A DNA stretch of 63,887 nucleotides, filler included, from Conidiobolus incongruus B7586 (Eukaryota): assembly GCA_000697335.1 (NCBI GenBank). It is 19 parts of 19 records of this genome, joined end to end, with 100 filler letters (N's around TTAATTAATTAA, not from the genome) between each part and the next. Parts side by side here need not be neighbours in the genome. Positions count along the whole stretch, not along the records: positions 24,728 to 29,157 come from JNEM01003824.1; positions 29,258 to 32,578 come from JNEM01003825.1; positions 32,679 to 34,149 come from JNEM01003826.1; positions 34,250 to 37,175 come from JNEM01003827.1; positions 37,276 to 38,403 come from JNEM01003828.1; 14 more parts are not named here. The stretch is one strand, 5' to 3'. The position numbers were made by a program, and so were the translations under genes. Within the stretch, counting starts at the first letter, position 1, and each line of letters starts with the position of its first letter. A model generated the notes under the pieces. It was not told the DNA's origin. It was given only the letters and a program-made list of their open reading frames with translations, and ran no database searches. Below are positions 25,644 to 38,503 of this stretch, piece by piece.

Positions 25644-27696
25644 TTAAGTTTGAAGTTTCTTGGTAGGAGGTAACTCCAAGTCGGATTGGGGGTACGAGAT
25701 AGTTTCCTTGACGTCGTTGTCACCGCTGGGGGAGAGGTCTCGTTTAACCGCTGTGGAATTAAAATTCTCTTCTTCTTCCTCTTCCTCTTCCTCTTCCTCC
25801 AGGGGTGGAATGTCTAAATGAAAAGATGAATGATAGTTAATATGCTAAACATTATAAAGATAATTTAAATTGTGTTGATTCTGTAAATACCAGAGAAAAA
25901 ATTGGCAAGATGCATGTGAGTACCTGATTCGTCAAAATCCGGTTGGATAATATGGCAAAAATCATCCCAACCATATATTTTAATCGCTTTAAGTTCTTCA
26001 ATATACGCTTCATCCCACTCTTCTCCCGACTTCGAAATGAATTTAGGTTTCAAGTTGGAGTTGGATTCCCAAATTTCTCCAAGGGACTTATTCGTTGGAA
26101 TTTTCTTGCAATCTTCAGGTTTTGGATTGCTTAACTTTAATAACGATTGATCTCTCATGGATTGTAAACCGAAATGAATTGGAATGATAGGCTCTAGAAC
26201 CTTCTTCAAGTCGGGACTTTTAATATCTAATGGAACGGGATACACAAGGAAATGATGAGGCTGAGGAGTTAAGGTGGGTTCAACACTGTCCAAACTGATA
26301 TAAGGAAAATAGGACCAAACCTGAGGTAATTTGTTGAAATGTTGAGAAATGGTTTTGGGAATGTATTCATCTTGAACAGTAGGTGAAGGAAGAGGCATAG
26401 CATTGGAAAATTCACGATTGTAAAGGTATCTATAAAAATGTACGAATACTTTACCAGTGCAAAATGCATCGTATCCTGCATTGTGATAAGAGCTGGAGTT
26501 AAGAAGAGAGGTCTCATCAGGGAATTTGGAATCAACAACAATTGGAGACGGATCAAAGGAAAATGGCTGAGATTTGATACCTTGCATAAGTGTGCTCAAA
26601 CTTAGCGAATTGTTAAAAAACTTGGATATTATAGGGTGTTGCGATGCCAAGTATCTTGTATCAATCACAGATGGGAAAGTCTGATTAACTACTTGCTTCC
26701 ATTCTTCAATAGTTTCAGGAAGAGTGCCATAAAAGTGGTGGAGTAAAAAGGATAAGTCCAGTTGCATGTGGTGTCCGATAATAGGGATGTTGTGGTCCTT
26801 AATAATCTGCATCAATGAGTAAATATCTAAAGACATTGATTGTTCAATAGGTTGGCGAACAATTTGAATGCCATTAGGAATTTCAAAATATTTAACAGCA
26901 TCATTAAATATTTCTTGGGCTATTTTAAGACATAATTTAGATGTGTACTTATTTCCTGCTTTGATATTCATCTTGTCAGCTTGTGTTGCATCTGAATTCC
27001 AAGATTCTAAAATAGCGATCAAGTTTTTTCTAAAATCTGGATTGTAAATATCTAGTTCATGCGTTATTTCTTCCAAAGGATCTTTTTTAATTACGACAGG
27101 TTCCGATGGGAAAGCATTAAAATCTATTCCCTTTTCTATCCATTCATCGAAACTGAGGCCATTTTTCCTGAGGAAAGACACAGCGTCAGAATTTAAATAG
27201 AACCTTCTTTCCTTTGGGAAGAGCATAATATTAAAAGGTCGGGCAGTTAATCGTGTACTTTCAGGGTCTTGAATAAAAGGGCACAACCCTAATTGGATAG
27301 GTAGAAAATTTTCTGCAGCTTCTTTTTGCTCTAAATAGCGTTCTTGTAAACTTTGGAGATAATGTGGTTTTTGATTTCCAGTCAAAGAAACTCCAGTCAT
27401 TTCAAGGTCTATCGCTATAAATGAAGCAGATTTTAAACTGTTAGCAATAAATTGATATTGTGAAATAAAATTGCTATTGTTAATGTCCATTATAGGTATA
27501 GAAGGATAAAGGTTATTGAGTAACTGATTGAATTTAAGTTTAAGACTTCTTTGGGTATTAAGAGGTTTAATTAATAACTGAGAGGAAAAATTAGTGAATG
27601 AGTGGGAACGAATCAAGCTTGGTTGAGCTTTGATATAGTCTAGAAAATATATGATTGAGTTAAAATAATAAAGAAAGACACACTTCAATTACTCAT
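25644..27696 (-). CDS. PARN: Poly(A)-specific ribonuclease PARN/PNLDC1-like (CAF1-family DEDDh exonuclease); predicted exons 27696-27693, 27639-25924, 25813-25644
   Basis: MDINNSNF..FIAIDLEMTG (ExoI), IIGHHMQLDL, IDTRYL and YHNAGYDAFCTG (ExoIII). GT-AG introns with TTAAC branch-like sites at 27692-27640 and 25923-25814 give an open frame ending DIPPL(E)11...KRDLSP...PPTKKLQT*. The family call is stronger than the terminal exon model. Confidence 0.88.
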
Positions 27697-28755
27697 AAAA
27701 AATTAATTGATATTTAACTATTGAAATATCAATTATTAATCACAAAAAGTCAAGTTCATTTTGAATAAATATTTATGGCTATAATAGTTCAAATATTTTA
27801 ATGGGATAAAACGTTCAAAGTATTTAAATCAAATTTAATTTCCGAATAGCCAATCAAATTCCTGTATTCGGATACTAAATAATTAATACTTAGCTTTTTC
27901 TTTTACCTCATTCAAAAATGATTTTTTCTAACAACTTGAATAATATTATAAAGGCATGTTGAACAAAATATTAATGTGATCTTTATAAATTAAAATTAAT
28001 TAAATATTTAATATTAATTCTTTTAGTTATTCAATATCAATTATATTTTTATCATTTTAATCATTTTAAAAAACCCATACCCCATTTTACACTACAAAAT
28101 TTTTATCCCAATCAGTAAAATCTGAGTTTCAAAAGTTCTATAAGAAAAAATTTTTATTGATTTGAAATGATTTAAATATAAGGATAAATATTAATATTAT
28201 CAAATATATCAATAAAATAAGCATTATAAATCATAATTGATCAATGTGAATTCTTTAAGCAAATTTCAGGATAAAAATTCGCTGAGCGACAGGATGTTAT
28301 GAATAAATATAAGGCATGCAATTATATGAATTTAGTATTATCATAGTGAATAGAATGTTTAGTTCATAGCAGATATTTGCAATGTTCCAATTTCAAAATA
28401 TTTTGGAATAATTTCAAAAATAAATTGAATAAACACTTTAGAATTGTTATAATATGATAAATCTAAAATTTGACAAACTTAACTAGTAAGCCATTGAGTA
28501 TAGTGGTTGAATATTTTGTTAATAAACTAAATAAATTACTTAATATATAATATCAATCAAGCTATTTTTATTTTTATCAAACTATATTAACTTTTTGGTC
28601 AAAAAAGATTAATAATATTATTGAACATTATACTATAATAATCATAAACAAATAACCCTGAATTTTTGAATATATTAATTTGAACTGTTAATCAAGTAAT
28701 AGTTTTAACAACTCAATCACATAATCGTTATAATTCTAGTAGAATAAATAAAATA

Positions 28756-29157
28756 TTACCTTAAATTTGAAATAATGGGAAGTTTTTTAATTTTTGATTT
28801 TTCAAATATAAGATTAATTTTGAGTAATAAAATGTATACAAATAAAACAACAAATTATATAGTTTGGGATTATATATATATAATAGCTTTTTTAATTAAA
28901 AAATAAACTTTTTAAAATTTGTTATTTAATTAAATTATGTTTAAACTAAATAATAGTCATCAAAAGTTTTATATTTTGATATTGGTAATACTTAATTATA
29001 AATATTTTAAAATTATTTTAGATTTACAAACAACTTTTGATAATTAAATATTATTTAAAATAATTATTTATCATTCGATAATTATTTTAAAGATAAAAAG
29101 GAAATTATTTTATACTTATTAAAATATTAAAGATTAATTTTAATTATTATATTTATA
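28756..29157 (+). mobile_element. Mariner-like element, 5' part, cut by a gap
   Basis: TA|TTACCTTAAATTTGAAATAATGGGAAG...TTTCAAATAT...CATCAAAAGTTTT is colinear with the B1 5' end. Confidence 0.8.
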
Positions 29158-29257
29158 NNNNNNNNNNNNNNNNNNNNNNNNNNNNNNNNNNNNNNNNNNN
29201 NTTAATTAATTAANNNNNNNNNNNNNNNNNNNNNNNNNNNNNNNNNNNNNNNNNNNN

Positions 29258-29379
29258 ATATATAATTCAAAACTATTTATTTTTTTATTTGTTTTGTATA
29301 TATTTTTTTATTTGAAATTAATAATATATTTGAAAAATCAGAAATTAAAAAATTTTTTATTTTTTCAATTCTAAAATAA
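29258..29379 (-). mobile_element. Mariner-like element, 5' terminus
   Basis: ATATATTTGAAAAATCAGAAATTAAAAAATTT is the reverse complement of the B1 5' end. Confidence 0.75.
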
Positions 29380-29635
29380 TATTATTATATTTTATAATTA
29401 ATTATTAAAATATTATCTGATTAGTTGGTTCTAAATTCATTATTAAAAAATAATACTATTTATAAGATAACTTGTGTAATTTTTAAAATATTACTTTATA
29501 TATTGAGTTTCCATTGTTTCTTATAAGTATATATATATATTATATTGGGATAAATGATGAAGTTGATATATTAACCATATTCTCAAAATATACATATTTC
29601 TTATTTAAAGATATCATGTCTAGCTTTAAAAATAC

Positions 29636-29637
<2 letters not shown>

Positions 29638-29667
<30 letters not shown>
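29638..29667. repeat. (TA)n microsatellite
   Basis: Direct reading of the sequence. Confidence 0.8.
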
Positions 29668-29670
<3 letters not shown>

Positions 29671-30463
29671 AGTATTTTAATATATTCTATCAACCAATGA
29701 ATTATTTCAATTTAATTATCAGAATATAAATTTTTATATATTCTTCATTATAATTAAATCATAGTTTGTTTAATAATTTGAACAATGAATTATATATTTC
29801 TTAATACAAAGAGTTTGTTATTAGCCAATATCATAAGTTTTATAAACTCCACTTTAAATTACTTCAATGATTATATCTCATCTAATTCCTCAATTCAAGC
29901 ATATGTCTTTGTAATTATTCTTTCTTAACAAAATACAATTCACTTTAAAATAATTAAAACTAATCAAAAATAAATTATCACTAAATAACTCATCAAATAG
30001 TTCAGAGTCATTTCAGGCTTCTTATTAGACTTAAGACATAAATAAAACAGATTCATTCAAATATAATATACTCAATCATCCAATAATAATATAGTTGAAT
30101 TAAAATTTATTATGTCAATCTTAATATCAAAGAATCATTTTCCTTGTAAACCATAAAAATGTTTAAACTTTGTAAAAAGGCTTGACTAATAGCAAATTTG
30201 TCTTTGATGTAAATTTCTTTTTAATTAGTAAATATTATTAGAATACTAATTGATTAATTTATTAGGACTTGAATATATAATTCGATGTGTTTTTCAACAA
30301 TACATGAACCTAAATTACAGCTGTAAGTATAGTTTTTTAATAAATATTCCTAACCTTGGTAAACTTTTAAAAAACTCAGTATATTTGAGTTTCTAGTCAA
30401 GTTTGTTAAATATGTCGTAATTTTAATTATTTCCATAATTAATTAATCAATAATCAAGTGTGT

Positions 30464-31330
30464 AATTTTTATTTTACTACAAAGCAAAGAAGATCATTAG
30501 GTGAATTCATCACCATACTAAACTTTTGTTTAACCTTTTAATTGATTAGCGTTTGATAAATCACACATACTACTCCCCGTTGGGATTATTATAATAAAGG
30601 TAAAATATTTGATAGGCCATTATACAGCTCCTTCTTGAAGAACAAATCCATTTATATTAAGATTTATTTACACATAAATTACACAAACAGAACTATATTT
30701 CAAAAACCTTTAACATACAAAAAGTTAGTCAATGTTAATAATATGAATTTAATAACTTTTGATTGTGCAAATTTGAAAATTTTTAAGGTATACCATCTAA
30801 TATTGAGTAGTTGAAGACGGTTAAGCTATTTGAGATTGGATTATTAAGCAAGGTATAACTTCTGATCAAGTCTCTATATTTGGCCACTCATTAGGCACAG
30901 CTTTTGCAACTAAATTAACACAGCAGCTTCAAGAGCTCGGAACTCCACCAAAATCACTAATTTTAAAGGCACCATTATCAAGTGTTCGTCAAGCTGTTTT
31001 CAGTTATAAAATGGCAGGACGCTTTTCAGTACTAGGACCCTTGAGAAATGTGCAACAATTTAAAGATTATTATCAAAGAGTATTAAAGGTGAATTTTGAT
31101 TCCTTATCAATTATAAAGTAATCACAATCATTTAGAAATATATTATGATATGCTGAATATGGTTGTTTAGGATTTGAAAGTGTATATCTTAATCATTTAT
31201 GGGTTAGAAGATAAAGCAATATTCATTTTCCATGTAAAAGCAATATTCAATATGATTTCGTTATCCTCAAAACCAGAAATAATCAATATAACGGTTAGAA
31301 TACCCGGAAAAACTTGGACTATTTTTAGCC
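30464..31330 (+). pseudogene. ABHD12-like alpha/beta-hydrolase (monoacylglycerol/lyso-PS lipase family) pseudogene
   Basis: Remnants in family order: NFYFTT..SLG, IYLHINYTNRT..YKKL (cf. LYLHGN..R..YK.L), GIPS..VEDG*AI*DW (frameshift and stops), SIFGHSLGTAFATKL..GTPPKSLILKAPLSS (GHSLG at 30882-30896). Confidence 0.75.
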
Positions 31331-31539
31331 AATAGCTAGCACTCTCAATTTGCTCACTCTGTCAAATTTGAACTTATTGCCCACAAAACTTATAATTAAT
31401 TTAACTCATATATCTTTAATAGATTAACTTTTGAAATTAAACATATGTATTTTTTATAAAAATTATTAAATTAATAATATCTAAGACAATATGATATGAT
31501 ATTTTGGCTGGTTTATTAATCAAATCTTGTCTATATCAA

Positions 31540-32578
31540 TAATTTCTAATTATTATTAATATGTGATTATAGTTTATTAATACAATAATTAAATAATGGC
31601 AAAATTTTAAAATCAATATTTTATTTCATTTTATTTTACTATTAATAACTTTTTGTTGTGATTTTAGTAAGCTTCTTGTGCCTAAATAAAATCTTTTTAT
31701 TAAATCCTAAAATTTAATTTTTCATCGACTAATTAAATCAATTTACAGGTATTTTCTTTCTTGGAAAAATTTTTTTATTTATACAAAGTTATTATAATTA
31801 TATTCATCATAATCTAATTGATAAATTATAAACAGTAGTTTCTTAGTTTTATTATAAAAATTTTTATACATTTAAATTTATTATTTATAGAGTTTGAATA
31901 TAAAATAATAAGTATTATAAGTTATATTAAGGATAATAAATAAAAAACTATATTAAAAAGTAAAATATAAATTATCAGTAAATATTTATCTTTCAGAAAT
32001 AAAAAACATAGAATAAATATTATTATAATATGCTTTAATAGTTAATATTTGCTAATATGTATAATATTTTTCAGTCAAGATCTATTTAAAAAATGATGTT
32101 AACTTATTATAGTTTTGTTTTTAAATAAAAAATTATTTAAAATTATTTAAAATTTATCAATCAATATAATTTAATAAAAGGCCTCTTGTTATTAATTTTA
32201 TCTTAACATACTTTAATTAACTATAGCTAGTTTAATCTTTTGAAATTTTTATTAAATTATAAGTTATTGATTTTATATTTTTTAATCTAACTAGGTTTAA
32301 ATTTAAATATATATATATAATTTAATTATATATTTAATATCAAATTACTTTGATGAATTCTTAAATAAAATAGAAAAATTAATTCTTAATAGGTTTTTTC
32401 TTTATAAATAAAGAAATTATTAAAAATAAAATTTAATCTATTTTAATATAGGTAAATATTAAGTGATATTTTTTTATCTTTAATATATTAAATTTTATTA
32501 TAAATAATAGGTTTAAATAAAATATTTATTTTATAAATATTATATAAGGATTTTAAAATATAAAAGGGTTTATAATTA
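31540..32578 (-). mobile_element. Divergent mariner-like relic
   Basis: Colinear with the 46-1370 copy over shared blocks such as AAATTACTTTGAT, GGTAAAT and GTTTATAATTA. Left boundary is approximate. Confidence 0.55.
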
Positions 32579-32678
32579 NNNNNNNNNNNNNNNNNNNNNN
32601 NNNNNNNNNNNNNNNNNNNNNNTTAATTAATTAANNNNNNNNNNNNNNNNNNNNNNNNNNNNNNNNNNNNNNNNNNNN

Positions 32679-34120
32679 TTTTTATTTATAGTATAATATA
32701 TAAAATTAAATTTAATTAATTGATAATTGATATATTAAAGCTAAAAATATATTTAAGATAAGTGATAAATTTGCAAGTTTTAATATTGATAAGAAAATTA
32801 ATACCTAGTATATTAATCTTTTGCATTTTTAACTTTTTTAAGCTTATAGAGTATAAAGTCAATTAATTTCTTATATTAAGCAGGATTAATATTATTCTAA
32901 TTTTCTTAAATATACTCCCAAAGTTAATTTAAATTTTTTGCTAAAGGGAAAACTTTAATTGATTTTTTTAATTAATCCTAAAAATATTTAATTAGGTTAA
33001 AATTAAAAGGTTGAGGAGGCTATTTCAAAATAGTTATTTTGTTATTTTTAAGTAATTTAATAATAGAATTTAAAGTATAGCAAAGGGTATTATCTTGTTG
33101 GAAAATAATATTTAATTTATATAACCTATATTATTTAATAATTTTTTTAATATATTGTTTAAAATACTTTAGTATATTTTAGCATTAATTCCCCCATCAA
33201 TCTTATAAAAATATCTTATACTTAAAGATATTTTATATCCCTAATCTATAATTAACTTATTATTATATTTTTGGGTTATAATAATATAATAGTTATAAAG
33301 TGTTTTTTTATTCTTTTTAAAATATCTAACTTTTTTATTAGGTTTATTAAAATATATTTTTATTTTTTTAGATTAAATAACCTTACTCTAATTAATTTCA
33401 GTTCAACTTTAATATTGATATTTAAACTCCCACCTAACCCTATAATAAGATTTCTTTAATTAAGGGTGTTTTTTAAGATATAAGTGGTATCTATTCTAAT
33501 ATAAAATATATATAATAATATTAGTACTAATTAATATTCCTATAAAGTTTTATAATTCTTATTGTATTATTATAGCAATATTATACTTATCTATACTAAT
33601 TAATCTATAAATATACTTTTCATTATATCTATCTATAATTTTAATATATTTAAGTTTTAGTTTAGGTTTTTTTAATATTGTTCTTAATAATCCTATTTAT
33701 AACAGATTAACTAACATTAGTAATTTTAGTAATCTGATAAGTTAATTTATTTTTATTATAAAATTAATTAATATATAAGTGAATTTTTTTAAGAAAGATC
33801 TAAGTATTATAATATTAATATTAAAATATTAGCTTAATAATTTTATAATATATATAATATAACAAAAAAAATATATATAGGTTTTTTTACTTATACCCCC
33901 TTAACTTATAAACCCACAAATTTATAACTCATCTTGGTTAAATTTTAGGTTTTAATATATTAACCAATAATTAATGAAATATAATAAAATATAATAAGTT
34001 ATAATTAACTAATATTGGTAAATTATATATTTTAATTTAAATTCATTTATTTAAAAATTATTTAAGTTATAGGTAAATATATAAAGAATTTTGATTTTGT
34101 AACTCATTTTTAAAGGTTAA
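32679..34120 (-). mobile_element. Tc1-like element with intact 5' long IR
   Basis: Reverse complement gives TTTTCCAACAAGATAATACCC (FQQDN) and TAGCCTCCTCAA (WPPQ). Terminus TTTTGTAACTCATTTTTAAAGGTTAA|TA. Confidence 0.9.
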
Positions 34121-35441
34121 TATAAAATATATATAAATATATAATAAAGNNNNNNNNNNNNNNNNNNNNNNNNNNNNNNNNNNNNNNNNNNNNTTAATTA
34201 ATTAANNNNNNNNNNNNNNNNNNNNNNNNNNNNNNNNNNNNNNNNNNNNAACTATTATAATATATTCATATATTTAATAATAAAATTGATTGAAATTTTT
34301 TTTAATTAATATCATATTTTATTATTTATTTTATATATTGCATTTATCTGAGTATAAGATTATATTAATAATAAAAACATTAGAAAATTTTCTTAATTAT
34401 TAAAAACTCAAATAATTTGCAAATAATTGAGAAATAATAAATTATCAAAATAAAGGGTTTATTCAAATCTGTCCTAACTCCTGATTTATTCGATTTTTTT
34501 CAAAAAATATTAAAAATATACTTAAATATAATTTAAAAAAAATTTAATGACTTTTTTCAATAATTAATTCTAAAGTTTTCCTTTTATTAAATCAAAAAAT
34601 ATATATTAATTATCAAAATCGCATTATTAGTTTTATTTTTTTATTATGCCTAATATTAAAAAAATGGTTGAATTCTTAATTTTCTTAATTATAATAAATT
34701 TTGAAAAGGACTCAAATAATCTAGTAATTTAAAAATTATAATATCAATTGAAAATTTAAAGATATATATCTCTATACTTACTATATATAATATTCTTATT
34801 ATAATAATTTATATATAAATTTTTTTTGAAAAAAAATAATTTTAAAAGATAGATATAAATATTAAAGTCTAAGTTTTTTTAACTGACTAATATTTTGTAG
34901 TTATATATAAATTTCTTCTTATCAAGAAAAATAAGCATTTTTAGAAATTTAATTAGTAATTACATTTTATTAACTAAATTATAAAAAAATATATTTAAAA
35001 GATATAACAGAAAAATTTTAAATTAAAGTTTAGACTATTAGATTATATAATAAAAAATAATATACCTATTAAAAAGAAACTAGACGATTAAATAATTTAC
35101 CTAAATATTATCATAATATTAAGGAATCTTATTTAAAACAACTCCATTTCAATAACTATATTAGTTTCTTATATAGTAGTTATATTATATTTAAAGATTA
35201 ATTTATATTTCATATTTAATTATATTATAACAAAAAAACATATATAGTTTTAATATATTTTTGTTATATTATCTTTAAATAAATTTATATATTTTAAGTT
35301 TAAAATATATAAATTATGTTATATCTTTAGTATTTTAAGATCATCTAAATTATTCAATAAGTTAAATAAATATTTTAAATAAAAAAATATATTTTTATAG
35401 ATAATAATAAATAATATAGTTATTTTATACTTAAGTTAATA

Positions 35442-36753
35442 TTAGTATGGAAATTAAAAAATGATAAATTTTTTAATTTCCAATCTTTCAAATATATTAT
35501 TCATTTTGAAAAATTATATATATAAAATATATAGGAAAATAAATATTTTCTAACTATATATATATTTAATTTTAATTATTTTTTTATTAAAATATTTTGA
35601 TTTTAAAATTTATATATAAATTTAATCATACTTAAACTAGATTATGATTATCAAAAGGCTTTCATTTTTATATCTTTAAAACTTAACCATAACCCCTCTA
35701 AAATCATCTAAAACTTGCAAATAGCTTATAAAAATAATGTTTTATCTAAAACTACCATATATCACTAGATTTGTGATTTTAAAGCTAGAAGAGATATTAT
35801 TCAAAATTTATTAAAATCTAAAAGACTAATTTCTATTGTTATTTTTTCACTTATAAATAGAGTAAAAAAATATATTAAGAAATATTTTTTTATATCTGCT
35901 AAAAAACTATTAAAGCAATTCAATATTAATTATATAAGCATATTATATTTACTGAAATTGAAACCTGGATTAATTAATAAAAATACAAAATGGATACTCT
36001 ATAATTTATCAAAAGCCTCAAAAAAACTAGAATAACTATAGCTAAATTAAATTTATTAAGGTATAACCAAAAACAAAGGTTTTTACAATAAATACTTATA
36101 ATTGATGAATTATAAATTCTTTTATATAATCCTTTACCTAAAAATAAAACAAGTTGTTAGGTTAAGCTAAATCAATCCCCTTTATAAATTCCAATGAATA
36201 AGCACTTTAAATATAAATAAATGTTAATTATTGTAATGGATTATAACAGTATATAGCTTTTTTATTTAATACCTTAAGGAAAATAAATTAATACTAAGTT
36301 ATATATTACCTTTTTATATAAAACAATTTCTAAATAGTGTTTTTAATATAAATTAAAGATACCTATTATTTTGCATAATAATTGCAAAATATGTAAAACT
36401 AAAGCTATAAAAAATTTTTTATATATAAAAAATTGGAGGGAGTTATTATATCTAGTATATTCATATAATTATAACCTATATAATTATAATTGTTTTAGAT
36501 AATTAAAAAAATAGCTTGTAAGAAAAAAATTCTTGTAAATAAATTAAACTGGTTTGTGAAATATTAAATTTCAGTTTTTAATAAAAAAAACTATTTTTTA
36601 GGTATTAGAAGCTTACCAAAAATATAAAAAGAGTTATTAATAATAAAGGAGGCTATTAATTTTATATTATTCATTAATTTTTATATATTATTTATTAATT
36701 TATTTGTTTAATTTCAATTTTAAAATTATACCATTACTTAATTTCTATACTAA
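35442..36753 (+). mobile_element. Mariner-like element, full length, B2
   Basis: TA|TTAGTATGGAAATT ... AATTTCTATACTAA|TA. Remnants IIDEL, ILHNNCKI and YSYNYNL. Confidence 0.9.
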
Positions 36754-37275
36754 TATAATATCAATATCAAGTAAATATCTTTATTTAACTTTTGTTTTTT
36801 ATAGGTTATATTAATAATAGCTTTATAAATACTTTATTTTATAAAAATTAAATTAAAGATATTTTTTTATAAATAAAATAAAAAAATTCAATATTATATT
36901 TAATAAAAAATAATCTATAATTAAAAAAACTTTTAGTATCTAAAAAGTTATTTTTTTTTGTTTAAAATTACTATCTTATGATATATAAAATACAAAAGCT
37001 TATTAATTTATGCCTATATTTATATATTTAAATATTTTCCTTTATAACTTTATTTTTTTTAAACAAGATTATAATTTAAATAAAAGTTAAACAGAATTAA
37101 TAAAAATATTAAAGTCAATAATAATAAACAAAGTATAATCAATATATATTATGATTTTACCTAATTAAATATATTNNNNNNNNNNNNNNNNNNNNNNNNN
37201 NNNNNNNNNNNNNNNNNNNTTAATTAATTAANNNNNNNNNNNNNNNNNNNNNNNNNNNNNNNNNNNNNNNNNNNN

Positions 37276-38403
37276 TATTAAGTTACTTTTTTAAGTTAAT
37301 AAAAATAGTTTTAAAATAATAAAAGAGAAGATAATATAATTAAAATAACTAGAGTTAATTAAACCACTAATAAATATATCTATAATGTATTTAATTAAAA
37401 TAAACAATAAAGTAATAATTTAAAATAAAAAATTACAGTATAAATTAGTTATTAGAATATTTTTAATTTTTAATAGCTTAATGAGTTAGATTACTTTAAT
37501 ATTTATAGTTTAATTTAAAGAATCATTAGTTTGCTAAAATTTTTATAAATTATTTTTGAATTTATTTACTAATTATGAAAGAAGTAATTTTAAAGTTATA
37601 TTAATATTATTCAGGTTTAATTTATAATAAATAGATTAAAATTATAGAAGATTAAATTAATATTATTTTTTTAAAAGATATTTATTAGCTTTATAATTAA
37701 TTTAAGTTTATTAACATTAGTAATAACTTTTATTTATTTTTAAATAAGCTTTAACTTTTTTACTAAATATTTTTTTATAAAACTTTAAAATAAAAATATT
37801 TATCATTTATAATTTAAATGGGTTAAAATAAGTTTTAAAGGATTGTTTTTTAAGATAGAAAAATTTAATTATAAAGTAACAAATATCATTAATTACAATT
37901 ACTATATTATAAATATTAGACAAAAACATATTATTAAAGTGTTTTTTACTAACTAACTAAAGTTTCACTTGAGGATTAAAGTATTATAATAGTTTATAGA
38001 TTTATTCTTCTTTAGTGATGTTTAATATATTAAAGTATATTTTATTAAATTTTTTAATTAATTATTTTATAAATGCTTTTTATTTAAGTTAAATTTTTTT
38101 AATTAAACTTAATTTTTGAAGTGATATCTTTTTGTAAATGTTTTTTTTGATTGTTTAAAAGTTTATAATCTTATAATAATTTATCCTATTAAAAATTCTT
38201 TAAAATTAAGTTTTTAATAAGTTAACTATAATATATAAATAGTTCTTTTTAAAACAAGGTTTATTTAAAGATATTTTTAAATCTTTATTAAAAATTAAAT
38301 TAAAGTAATTCTTTATGCTTTTAAAATAGTTTTTAAGTTTATAAAAATTTTTAAAACTATCATAAATAGTTAATTAATCTTAAATAATATTAAAAAAATA
38401 ATT
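37276..38403 (-). mobile_element. Ty3/gypsy gag (zinc knuckle) - protease fossil
   Basis: Minus strand: AYLKINKSYY*C**T*INYKANKYL (decayed Cx2Cx6Hx4C) and GLINSSYFNYII (=LIDSG aspartic protease motif after G->A). Colinear with 52107-53570. Confidence 0.65.
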
Positions 38404-38503
38404 NNNNNNNNNNNNNNNNNNNNNNNNNNNNNNNNNNNNNNNNNNNNTTAATTAATTAANNNNNNNNNNNNNNNNNNNNNNNNNNNNNNNNNNNNNNNNN
38501 NNN

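Noticed and set aside
25943..26556. ORFs 25943-26134 and 26269-26556 (also 56719-57117)
   Set aside because: Shadow frames overlapping the PARN and Zn2Cys6 genes, with no motifs.
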